Part shown: one piece after another, positions 1 to 7,272 of the stretch
How the letters are laid out: every line of letters begins with the position of its first letter
How positions within the stretch are numbered: position 1 is the first letter of the stretch
IMG/VR virus record: IMGVR_UViG_3300049182_000023
Coordinates: 1 to 41,314 of that record
Length of the DNA: 41,314 nt
DNA from: a virus
Taxonomy: Duplodnaviria; Caudoviricetes
Direction: 5' to 3' (one strand)
Notes under the pieces: model-generated
What the model was told of the DNA's origin: nothing
Databases searched by the model: none
The model's input: only the letters and a program-made list of their open reading frames with translations
Position numbers and translations under genes: made by a program

Positions 1-127
1 TATCCGCTGTCGATCTTGTCGAAGAAAAGCTCTTTGGCGTTCGCTGCGCCCGTCGATGGGCGAACGAAGACCGGACAATGTTCGTGATACCTGTTCACCA
101 TCTCGAACAGGTTTTGAGTCGCTTGAT
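1..127. repeat. Terminal direct repeat (identical to 41188-41314); circular-assembly overlap
   Basis: The first 127 nt (tatccgctgtcg...gtcgcttgat) recur exactly at the end, and the terL frame continues across the join. 127 is a common assembler k-mer length. Confidence 0.95.
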
Positions 128-428
128 CCTCGTGCGTCAGGATGAAGGTCCGGATGCCGAGCGTCCACGTAGTGCGGTGGTAGTACCTCGCTCCTACGTA
201 GGTTGAGCAACCCTATTGCCGCCCCTTCAGGATCAGCGCACGGACTCTTCCGGTCTTGGCCCGCTGTTCCTCAAGGCACGCATGAATGTGCTGCTGGGCC
301 TTGTTGAACTCGTACGGCAAGACCTTCGCGGTCTTGGTGCGGATCTTCAGGCAGTTACGAGCGTAGAACTCCAGGTCATCGTGAAGCCGTGCCCGTAGCT
401 CACTGGAGGCTGGCAAGCCACTGCTCAT
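1..428 (-). CDS. terL: Terminase large subunit, N-terminal part (continues across the origin to 40077); in-frame TAG at 213-215
   Basis: ATG 428. Reads ...RALILKGRQ*GCSTYVGARYYH..., a Walker A KGRQ(Q)G motif split by TAG. The frame stays open to position 1 and joins ORF 40839..41288. Confidence 0.93.
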
Positions 429-669
429 GGGTCAACGTCATCTCACCTGAGTGCTCGACCGCAGAGAGGCGGGCATGTACGAACGGGGCCGCCGCCTTGG
501 CTGCGTCAAGTCGCTTGGCCTCGTCTTGGCTGTCATCGCGCATGACAGCAAGCATGTATTCCAGCGGCGTGACGCCGGATGCGGCAACAGCCTCCACCTG
601 CTCCACCGTCTTCTTGTTCCGAGTGCCCGGCTTGCGGCCAGCGCCCTCGCGCTTACCTCCGCGAGCCAT
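400..669 (-). CDS. terS: Terminase small subunit (89 aa, no internal TAG)
   Basis: MARGGKREGAGRKPG...TPLEYMLAVMRD...RLDAAKAAAPFVHARL is a typical TerS pattern. Overlaps the terL start; TGA stop. Confidence 0.8.
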   Translation of the reverse strand: MARGGKREGAGRKPGTRNKKTVEQVEAVAASGVTPLEYMLAVMRDDSQDEAKRLDAAKAAAPFVHARLSAVEHSGEMTLTHEQWLASLQ

Positions 670-691
670 ATTGATTTCCGTTGAAATTATT

Positions 692-868
692 TCAGGCCGG
701 AGTCGGCACGAAGTTGGTCAGAAGGTAGAACACCATCGCGTCCCACGTCTCGAACGTGAGGCACAGCTCAATCGGCGCGTCCTTGTTCTCGCTCACGCCA
801 TAGCCGCCGTTGAGCGTCTTGGTGATCACGATCTCTTTGCCCTACAGAAAGGTGGGAATGCCTGCCAT
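692..868 (-). CDS. Hypothetical protein, 58 aa if TAG at 842-844 (codon 9) is read through
   Basis: AGGAG RBS, ATG 868, MAGIPTFL*GKEIVITKTLNGGY...PTPA then TGA 692-694. Fills the gap between its neighbours; absent from the ORF track. Confidence 0.7.
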
Positions 869-880
869 GTCGTCTCCTGT

Positions 881-1540
881 TTAAACCCGATTCTTGAATC
901 CGCGCCCGTCCGTGCCTGCTTGGCGATTGCCGAAGCCGCTATTGCCAGCGCCCACGCCAAACCCTGCCGCCACGGATCCGAAAGCATCGTTGCCATAGTT
1001 CGCAGCGCCATAGCCCGTGCCTGCGCCCACACCGTTATTGAAGTGGCCGCTGCCGAAGCCGAGGTTGCCGCCGATAGGACGGCCCTGCGGCGATCCGACG
1101 AACGCGAGGCCACTACCGGGGGCAAATGGGTTCATTGGCTGCCACGGAGCCTGCGTGTTCACTGGCGGCATCGTTGGCACTTCGGGCGTCATGCCAGGGG
1201 CCATCCCGATGTTAGGAACGCCAAGGCCGGTTTGCGGATTGAAGTGCTGCATGGTCAACGGACCAATGCCCGCTGCGTCGCCGCCCTAGCCGCTGAAGTG
1301 ATCAACGCCTTTGCCAATCAGCTTGCCAGCAGCTAGGCCGCTCATCGGGCCGCCGTAGAGGCCCGCGATTGCTCGCATCGGCAACCCAGCCATACCCAAC
1401 ATCACGGCCCTGTTGTTTAGCGTGCCATCCGGTGCGCGCTGCTGGCCCGGCAGAATGCCGTTGACGAACGCACGGCCAGCCCTCTGAAACAGGTTTCCCT
1501 TGTATCCACTGAGGAAGCCCTAGCCGCGTGGTTCAGCCAT
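881..1540 (-). CDS. Gly/Pro/Asn-rich hypothetical protein, 219 aa with TAG at 1520-1522 and 1286-1288
   Basis: GGAG RBS, ATG 1540, MAEPRG*GFLSGYKGNLFQ...HFSG*GGDAAG. In frame with ORF 881..1258; TAA stop. Confidence 0.75.
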
Positions 1541-1544
1541 CGAT

Positions 1545-1829
1545 CTAATCTCCAGGCCACCACTCGGCCGTTACTGTCTGTCCGGTTGCGTCGTCTATGT
1601 AGACCGCCACTTGGCAGCCATCGCAATTGGCGGGGGCAGTAGGAATCGAACCCACCTTGTCCGGGTTAGAGCCGGATGCCTCAACCGCTCGGCCATGCCC
1701 CATCATTTCTGCAAGCTCAGTGATCGTGGTCAGTCCGGTAACCCTTTTGCCGAACACCGCGTCCCAGTTGGATTCCACCAGCGCAGCGTTCTCACGCCTT
1801 CGTGCATGCCCCTTGCCGCCTGCTGTCAT
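1545..1829 (-). CDS. Hypothetical protein (94 aa) whose frame runs through the suppressor tRNA; ends in TAG
   Basis: ATG overlaps the upstream TAA (TAATG coupling). The N-terminus GGKGHARRR...SNWDAVFGK resembles small phage proteins. Confidence 0.5.
   Translation of the reverse strand: MTAGGKGHARRRENAALVESNWDAVFGKRVTGLTTITELAEMMGHGRAVEASGSNPDKVGSIPTAPANCDGCQVAVYIDDATGQTVTAEWWPGD
1628..1702 (-). tRNA. Amber suppressor tRNA, anticodon CUA, glutamine-type body
   Basis: TGGGGCA TG GCC GAGCGGTTGA GGC A TCCGG CTCTAAC CCGGA CAAG GTGGG TTCGATT CCTAC TGCCCCC G CCA forms a 75-nt cloverleaf with encoded CCA. Anticodon CTA at 1669-1667. U1, G2:C71, G3:C70, U35 and G73 match bacterial tRNA-Gln identity elements. 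Confidence 0.95.
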
Positions 1830-2044
1830 TACTTAGCAGTCCTGCGAGCGACTTCAGACGCGACGCGCCAGTCAAACCAAAGGCTCGGCAGGCGTTCGGC
1901 GATGGCGGCCAGCACTGCATCCGGCGCGTTCTGTTCCGCAAGAGGGAACATCAGCCAGCGTTCCTGGCCGTCTTCGTCCCAATAGGAGATGCGCATCACT
2001 GCGCGATAGCCGCCCGTGGCTAGTTGTGCTGCGGTGTCTATCAC
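1829..2044 (-). CDS. Hypothetical protein (71 aa)
   Basis: ORF in operon orientation with a TAA stop. Confidence 0.6.
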   Translation of the reverse strand: MIDTAAQLATGGYRAVMRISYWDEDGQERWLMFPLAEQNAPDAVLAAIAERLPSLWFDWRVASEVARRTAK

Positions 2045-2053
2045 TTCACTTCC

Positions 2054-2641
2054 TCAGCGCGCAATCGCCAAATCAAACTTGTTTGACTTCTTCTGGTTGA
2101 TCGAGGCTGGAATTACCCGAAGGTTTCCGGGCACGTGCAGTCCGCTAACCAACTTGCCGAACAGCGGCACGACGTGATCTACCTGATGTGGTATCCCGAG
2201 ACACCGACTAACTCGGCGGGCCGACTCATAGAAGCAGACCATCTCGCTGCGCGACTGCCACGCAGGCCGCCTATCGCGCCTTGCGGCCTGTCTGGCCGCA
2301 GCCATAGGCGCTAGACGATCCTTGTTCCGCTCCTTCCACTCTCGCGAAGTGGCATAGGCACGGAGCTTGTTCTCCTCGTACCACTGCCTGGCCTTCCGCC
2401 TAGCTCGCTCCCTGCCTCTTTCTGAAGATCGCCCGCGCAGGTTCATCTCACGCCGTTTTTCGGGGTTAGCGGCCCTCCATGCCCTGGCACCCTCTCGCAA
2501 GCACTCGCAACAACCACGATTGCTCACCATCCGATCTGACTTGTGCCCATTAGCACAAGGAACACCCGTGAAATACGTCTTCCTGCCCGCTGCTCGCGCA
2601 TCCTCTCGCGCAGTGATCTGATTCATCGGCGAAGTGAGCAC
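2054..2641 (-). CDS. HNH endonuclease
   Basis: TYFTGVPCANGH N-terminal motif; C-terminal HQVDHVVPL...SGLHVPGNLRVIPASINQKKSNK. The start may be ATG 2626. Confidence 0.85.
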   Translation of the reverse strand: MLTSPMNQITAREDARAAGRKTYFTGVPCANGHKSDRMVSNRGCCECLREGARAWRAANPEKRREMNLRGRSSERGRERARRKARQWYEENKLRAYATSREWKERNKDRLAPMAAARQAARRDRRPAWQSRSEMVCFYESARRVSRCLGIPHQVDHVVPLFGKLVSGLHVPGNLRVIPASINQKKSNKFDLAIAR

Positions 2642-2823
2642 TCCCCGTACAAACGGATAACCTCGCTCTGCCAGATGATCCAGCTATCAGCCGAATCGTC
2701 CTCTGGTGGGGCGGGCAACTCAGTGCACGGAGCGGATGGCGGAATTGGTTTCACGTACTTGGTCCCGCACGCTGTCAGTGACAGGGCGAGGCAAAGTGCA
2801 ATTGCTCGGGTTGTTGCGGACAA
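2623..2823 (-). CDS. Rz1: o-spanin (Rz1-like lipoprotein)
   Basis: Lipobox LSLTAC, Pro-rich body, overlaps the 3' end of the Rz-like gene in another frame. Confidence 0.75.
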   Translation of the reverse strand: MSATTRAIALCLALSLTACGTKYVKPIPPSAPCTELPAPPEDDSADSWIIWQSEVIRLYGECSLRR

Positions 2824-3061
2824 CGGTCACCACCTTTGGCGGCAGATTGGCGAGCTTGTCTGCCTTCGCCTGCGCCTTGTTGCGGGCCTTTATGGCTTGG
2901 TCGCGCTCATCCACTGCGCGGGCCATCAGCTTGTTGTCAGCCTTCAGGTTGGCGGCCTCTTCGCGAATACCGCCGATCCAGAAGAAAAACCCGCATATGG
3001 CGACGTAGATCAGGAGCTTGATCAGGTCCGCGTATGGCTTGGCGGGGTCTAGCTTGCTCAT
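2720..3061 (-). CDS. Rz: i-spanin (Rz-like)
   Basis: N-terminal TM helix, coiled coil, C-terminal CTLP motif; lies in the lysis cassette. Confidence 0.75.
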   Translation of the reverse strand: MSKLDPAKPYADLIKLLIYVAICGFFFWIGGIREEAANLKADNKLMARAVDERDQAIKARNKAQAKADKLANLPPKVVTVVRNNPSNCTLPRPVTDSVRDQVRETNSAIRSVH

Positions 3062-3843
3062 AGAAGCGATGCCACTCTCGCGCCCTTGCGCAGATTCTCT
3101 TTAGCCCAAATCGGCCGAAGGTTCGTCAACGCCCAAGCGCGACGTAGCTCGGGGTCATCGGCTCCAGTGATCGTGAATGCTGCTAACGGAACGATGTGGT
3201 CGATGTGCCACTCGCCCATGTTTTCCCAGCTCATACCCTTAAGGAACTGGCGCTCTAGGTGAGCGACCAGCTCTTCCACTGAGTAGTCCACAAATTCGCG
3301 CCACGACCTGCCAGCCTTGCGCCTAGTAAGAACCTTATGAAATCGCCCGCGCATTCTTTGGGTGAGCAGGTGCGGGATTGACTCCCGATACTTCTCGCGC
3401 GTGCGGCGCTTCCACTCAGCTCCACGCCCCGGGACCGCCTCCCGTATGCGCTTGTTCTTGTCTCGAAACTTCTGAGGATTGGCGGCATACGCTGCTCGGG
3501 CACGGGCGCGAGCCCGCTCCTTACGCTCACGATCTGCCACTTCAGCGTTTGCGGCCCTTGCGGCCGCCCTCGCCTCCTTGCGGACAGCGGCCTCTTGCCT
3601 AAGCTTTTCAGCGCGTCGGCTCACTGCTTGGTCGCGCAGGTCAGGGTTGTTCTGACGCCAACGCCTTGCATACAAGGCGGTGCAGGCTTTGCACTTTCTA
3701 TGCAGGCCATCCGGATAGCGCGAGTACTTCCCGTACTCAGTTAGCTGTTTGATTTCTCCACAATCGATGCAGGCCCGCATACGAACCTGAGATGCGGACT
3801 TCGGCGCAGAAATCAACGTTATCTGGCTATTACAAAAGTGCAT
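3058..3843 (-). CDS. HNH endonuclease
   Basis: N-terminal CxxC...CKAC; C-terminal GMSWENMGEWHIDHIVPL...TNLRPIWAKENLRKG. The start is uncertain (possibly ATG 3780). Confidence 0.85.
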   Translation of the reverse strand: MHFCNSQITLISAPKSASQVRMRACIDCGEIKQLTEYGKYSRYPDGLHRKCKACTALYARRWRQNNPDLRDQAVSRRAEKLRQEAAVRKEARAAARAANAEVADRERKERARARARAAYAANPQKFRDKNKRIREAVPGRGAEWKRRTREKYRESIPHLLTQRMRGRFHKVLTRRKAGRSWREFVDYSVEELVAHLERQFLKGMSWENMGEWHIDHIVPLAAFTITGADDPELRRAWALTNLRPIWAKENLRKGARVASLL

Positions 3844-4334
3844 CCGAATTGGTCGGTCATCGCACTCACAACCCCGATCAACTCACCCGCGTCATTGAAC
3901 AGACCAGACCCCGAATCGCCCGGACAAATAGTCCCGTCAACCGCAATTCCATCCTCGTAAACAGCGACCACCGTGCCGCTTCTTAGGACGTATGGAACGC
4001 CTCGTGGCTGGCCCCACCAGCGGACGTGATCGCCCGCCTTTGCCTTGCCCAGCTTCGCCCATGTACCAAAGCGGATGCCCGCCAGCTTCACGCGGAGGCG
4101 GTCAGGGCCAGTGGCGTGAGACGAAACGATTGCCACCATCTGCCCGTCAATACTCACCAGCGGGTGAGCGAGGCAATGTGCCGCCGTCTCGATCTCATCT
4201 ACTGCGACAGCCGTTGCGCTGCACACGCTCTGCGTCGTCTCCAGACGGAGCGCGAAGGATCGCGGGTCAACGGGCGGATGCGCTTCTGCACACCCTCCGA
4301 CCATCATGGCGAGAAGGAGTGCGAACAGGCGCAT
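3819..4334 (-). CDS. Trypsin-like (S1) serine protease, predicted lipoprotein
   Basis: Signal peptide ending VGGC; CSATAV, TAAHC (His) and GDSGSGLF (Ser) motifs. Confidence 0.8.
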   Translation of the reverse strand: MRLFALLLAMMVGGCAEAHPPVDPRSFALRLETTQSVCSATAVAVDEIETAAHCLAHPLVSIDGQMVAIVSSHATGPDRLRVKLAGIRFGTWAKLGKAKAGDHVRWWGQPRGVPYVLRSGTVVAVYEDGIAVDGTICPGDSGSGLFNDAGELIGVVSAMTDQFGCTFVIAR

Positions 4335-4338
4335 TGCT

Positions 4339-4515
4339 TTAAGTCCTCGTCACCGCTTGGTCAGCGACATTGCCCGCCAGATACAGGCCCACTACCCACG
4401 CGGACTGGCTAAGCCATTGCGCCGCGTCGATCTTTCCAATCGAGAAGAACACCAGCCCAGCAACGAACGCCGCACAAGCAATCAGGAACTTACGGCTGGC
4501 GTAGCGGGTGTCCAT
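4339..4515 (-). CDS. Small two-TM membrane protein, holin candidate (58 aa)
   Basis: MDTRYASRKFLIACAAFVAGLVFFSIG...AWVVGLYLAGNVAD. TAATG-coupled start; translated by hand. Confidence 0.6.
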   Translation of the reverse strand: MDTRYASRKFLIACAAFVAGLVFFSIGKIDAAQWLSQSAWVVGLYLAGNVADQAVTRT

Positions 4516-4634
4516 TACTTGCCGCGCCTGCGATCCTTAGCCGTCTTGCCGGTGCGAACCTGCTTGGTAGTGCGCGAGCCGGTGCGGATTTCCACGCTGC
4601 CGTCCCGCATGAACTTCTTGTACTGGTAAGTCAT
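4515..4634 (-). CDS. Small basic protein (39 aa)
   Basis: MTYQYKKFMRDGSVEIRTGSRTTKQVRTGKTAKDRRRGK; start and stop are coupled to both neighbours. Confidence 0.5.
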   Translation of the reverse strand: MTYQYKKFMRDGSVEIRTGSRTTKQVRTGKTAKDRRRGK

Positions 4635-4792
4635 CAGTCAGTCCCGCCAACCTTGTAGAACTCGGAATCGCCAATCCCCGCCCAGTCCTCGACGCGAATG
4701 GCGCGCACGAACAACTGGCTGGACACCCAAATCGCGGCATCACTGCCCTTGTGCAGCAGCCAAGCCAGAACGGTTGCGGTTAGAACCTTCAT
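4634..4792 (-). CDS. Hypothetical protein (52 aa)
   Basis: ATGA overlap with the endolysin stop; begins MKVLTATVLAWLL. Confidence 0.5.
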   Translation of the reverse strand: MKVLTATVLAWLLHKGSDAAIWVSSQLFVRAIRVEDWAGIGDSEFYKVGGTD

Positions 4793-5250
4793 GCCCTGCC
4801 CTCGCAGATGGCGCGCTCTGCGGAGCGGCGCTTGACCAGTCCACGCAACTTGATGCCCTTCGCGTAGACCCACTTGTCGAACTCAGCGCAGGCAGCCGGT
4901 AGCTCGCCCGCGTTCACCCGCTTGACCAGCGTCGAACCGCACGCCTTCGCCACGCCCACGTTGTAGGCAAACGAAAGCAGCGCAGCCGCCTCGTTCTGCT
5001 TGAGCGGCACCTTGATGCACTTATCCAGTTCAATCGCATGGCGGTACAGGGACGCCCCCAGTACTGCCATGCACTCGTCCCGACTGAAGCGGGCCTTCAT
5101 GCCCACCACGCCGCCGTCCGTCTCGCCTACACACGCCGTGGGAATGCCAACCGGATCTTGGTACGTGGTCAGCACCACGCCCTCATACACGGCCACGAAC
5201 GGGGCCGCCGCCAGCACTACTGCCAGCGATGCGACCTTGGCCTTGCTCAC
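4789..5250 (-). CDS. Endolysin, GH24 lysozyme, likely SAR type
   Basis: Hydrophobic N-terminus followed by YEG...YQDPVGIPT (E-x8-D-x5-T triad), SFAYNVG and GLVKRRSAE. Confidence 0.92.
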   Translation of the reverse strand: MSKAKVASLAVVLAAAPFVAVYEGVVLTTYQDPVGIPTACVGETDGGVVGMKARFSRDECMAVLGASLYRHAIELDKCIKVPLKQNEAAALLSFAYNVGVAKACGSTLVKRVNAGELPAACAEFDKWVYAKGIKLRGLVKRRSAERAICEGRA

Positions 5251-5456
5251 TTGTCGGCTTTCCCGTCTAACTTGCTTTCGATCCGATCAAGCTGCGCCAG
5301 GATTCGGTCCTCTAGACCGTCCACGCGCTTGTCCGTGGCTTCCTGCTTGGCGGTCTGCACGTTGATGCGGCCCTCAAGCCGGACCAGCCACACCACGCCA
5401 CCTAGACCAGCCAGTGCGAGCGTTACGCCTGCACCTAGCAAGCTTCCAAAGTCCAT
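5247..5456 (-). CDS. Single-TM coiled-coil protein, holin/antiholin candidate
   Basis: N-terminal TM plus charged coiled coil ending RIESKLDGKADK; directly upstream of the endolysin. Confidence 0.55.
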   Translation of the reverse strand: MDFGSLLGAGVTLALAGLGGVVWLVRLEGRINVQTAKQEATDKRVDGLEDRILAQLDRIESKLDGKADK

Positions 5457-5574
5457 ACAGCACGTTCCCTTCGTGTGCCCTATGGGCTGGATAAGAATTC
5501 CCTATAAAACAAGGGGTTTCTGCGCAAAACGGGCTCAAATCGGCCTGAATCGACCAACCTTGAATTCCCCTCGA

Positions 5575-5778
5575 TTAGTGCGTCCCCTCAGCGGGGTTGT
5601 GCGCCATGCGTAGCGCGATCTCCGCCATACCCTCAGCGAATGACCGCAGCCCGCTGGGAATGTCCAGCAAGGCCGATTGCTGCCCCTGCCGCGTCTCGTA
5701 GACCACGGCCACGGAAAACACTTCCGGGTCGCCGTCTGCCTCAGCGAGTCGAGCGAGCCTTTCGCTTAGGCGCGTCAC
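5575..5778 (-). CDS. Hypothetical protein (67 aa)
   Basis: GTGA-coupled ORF with a TAA stop. Confidence 0.6.
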   Translation of the reverse strand: MTRLSERLARLAEADGDPEVFSVAVVYETRQGQQSALLDIPSGLRSFAEGMAEIALRMAHNPAEGTH

Positions 5779-6356
5779 AGCAGCTTTTCCAACTCCAACC
5801 GGAGTGGCGCTGAAGTCTTGGTGAAATCAGTGTCGAACGTCGGGTTTGCGGCGGCCCGAAGGCTCGCAATCTCCGACATGACCGTTCCCGGCCTGTACCA
5901 CTTCCGCTTATCTGCGATGACGTTGTGGAAGTGGATGTAAGCGTTTGCGGTTCGGGTGTACTTCTCCAGATCAACCGGAGCATCTAGCTCGCGGATCATC
6001 CGAATGGCGCGACGCTCGCAGTCCGCCTCTAACTCCTGCACGGTACGGACGGCCTCGCGCGGGTTCTTGATCGCCTTACCGTCGATCCAATCCCACATGC
6101 CTTCCTTGACGCTACGCCAAACGGGCGCGCCTTCAATCCACTGCGTCAGGTGCGCGTACTCATGAATCAGGACGCCAACCCAAGCATCTTCGGATCGGCC
6201 CGTCGCCACAGCGAGCCTGCGGGTCTGATCGCAGAAGAAGCCGCCGCACTTGAATCCGTCGCCGGAGTCCACCGTTGCTTCCGGAGACAGCAGGACCGAC
6301 ACCCCAAACCGCCAAGCGCGCCGGGTTAGCTCCCAAACAACGTCATCGGCGGTCAT
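5775..6356 (-). CDS. Putative zinc metallopeptidase (HEXXH)
   Basis: VLIHEYAHLTQW motif and downstream ELEADCE. Confidence 0.65.
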   Translation of the reverse strand: MTADDVVWELTRRAWRFGVSVLLSPEATVDSGDGFKCGGFFCDQTRRLAVATGRSEDAWVGVLIHEYAHLTQWIEGAPVWRSVKEGMWDWIDGKAIKNPREAVRTVQELEADCERRAIRMIRELDAPVDLEKYTRTANAYIHFHNVIADKRKWYRPGTVMSEIASLRAAANPTFDTDFTKTSAPLRLELEKLL

Positions 6357-6598
6357 TCGCGGAACAGCCCAAGCGCTTCCAGCTTCATGTCGCGGGCAAT
6401 CTCTTCAGCCAGCGCAGCCATTTCCAGTGCGTTGGCGCTGCACTGCGCCTTCGGCGGGTCGCCGTCCAGCATCACCCAATAGCCAAATCCGGCCTTCGCC
6501 GAATTGACCAGCGCTTCAGCCACTTTCTCAGCCTGCGCCACAACGTCAGCCACCACCGGCTCACCCTTGCCCACTACGGTCAGGGTTGGCTTGGTCAT
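6353..6598 (-). CDS. Hypothetical protein
   Basis: GGAG RBS before ATG 6598 (MTKPTLTVV); ATGA overlap with the next gene. Confidence 0.6.
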   Translation of the reverse strand: MTKPTLTVVGKGEPVVADVVAQAEKVAEALVNSAKAGFGYWVMLDGDPPKAQCSANALEMAALAEEIARDMKLEALGLFRE

Positions 6599-6609
6599 GG
6601 CGGGCTCCA

Positions 6610-6640
6610 AAGGAAAATGCCCCGCGATAATCAGCGGGGC
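6610..6640 (-). terminator. Intrinsic terminator (tR'-like position)
   Basis: GCCCCGC-TGATTATC-GCGGGGC followed by ATTTTCCTTT on the minus strand, just after the Q-like gene. Confidence 0.6.
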
Positions 6641-6695
6641 GGGTAACGGTGCGTTGGCACTTTTCGCCACCCTCTTAAGAAGGATGGCATGGAAT

Positions 6696-7217
6696 TTATG
6701 CCGCCATGTCGGCTAAAGCCGGTGCCTCAGTAACTCGTTTCAGCCGCGTTGCCCAAAGTAGCTGCGACTCGAACTGCTGCATCTGCACGGTGGCGGCACC
6801 AGCCACGAAATTGCGGATCTTCTTGTACGCCTGCCACCGGCACTTCAGCTGTGTGGCGCGAGTCTCCAGTCCGGGCACGAAGTTAGGCCCCAGGATCGCC
6901 ATGCGCAGCCCGTCACGCGACGCCTGTCGCCCCCACTCTGGACGGTAGCTCTCAACATAGGTGCGCCGCCTCTCGCCAATGGCGGGCTTCAGCGTGGCTG
7001 CTAGCTCGCCTAAGCCTTCGGCCCATTCGATCAACTCGCGCTGGAAGAACGGAACGTCCGCTACCCACGTAATCCACAGCTCATAACCGATGTGGTTATC
7101 CGGCAAGGTCGAACACGCGACCGCTGCCGTGTAGTGAGCCGCGTCCGGCAACTGACGCCGCCCGAAGGCCGCGTAGTAGCCGCGCAGGTCGTCAATGTCC
7201 CAAGTCTCTTTACCCAC
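6696..7217 (-). CDS. Putative late regulator (Q-like antiterminator by position)
   Basis: 173 aa; last gene of the early/middle operon, followed by an intergenic gap with a terminator and then late genes. Function is inferred from synteny only. Confidence 0.45.
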   Translation of the reverse strand: MGKETWDIDDLRGYYAAFGRRQLPDAAHYTAAVACSTLPDNHIGYELWITWVADVPFFQRELIEWAEGLGELAATLKPAIGERRRTYVESYRPEWGRQASRDGLRMAILGPNFVPGLETRATQLKCRWQAYKKIRNFVAGAATVQMQQFESQLLWATRLKRVTEAPALADMAA

Positions 7218-7272
7218 GGCTCACCCCTGAAGTGACGCGGCAGTACATAGCCGCCGCGCCTTGTTGTTCCGC

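Noticed and set aside
1628-1702. Pyrrolysine tRNA or selenocysteine-type recoding
   Set aside because: The tRNA has a standard Gln-like body, no pyl genes were recognised, and the interruptions are TAG at Gln-type positions rather than TGA.
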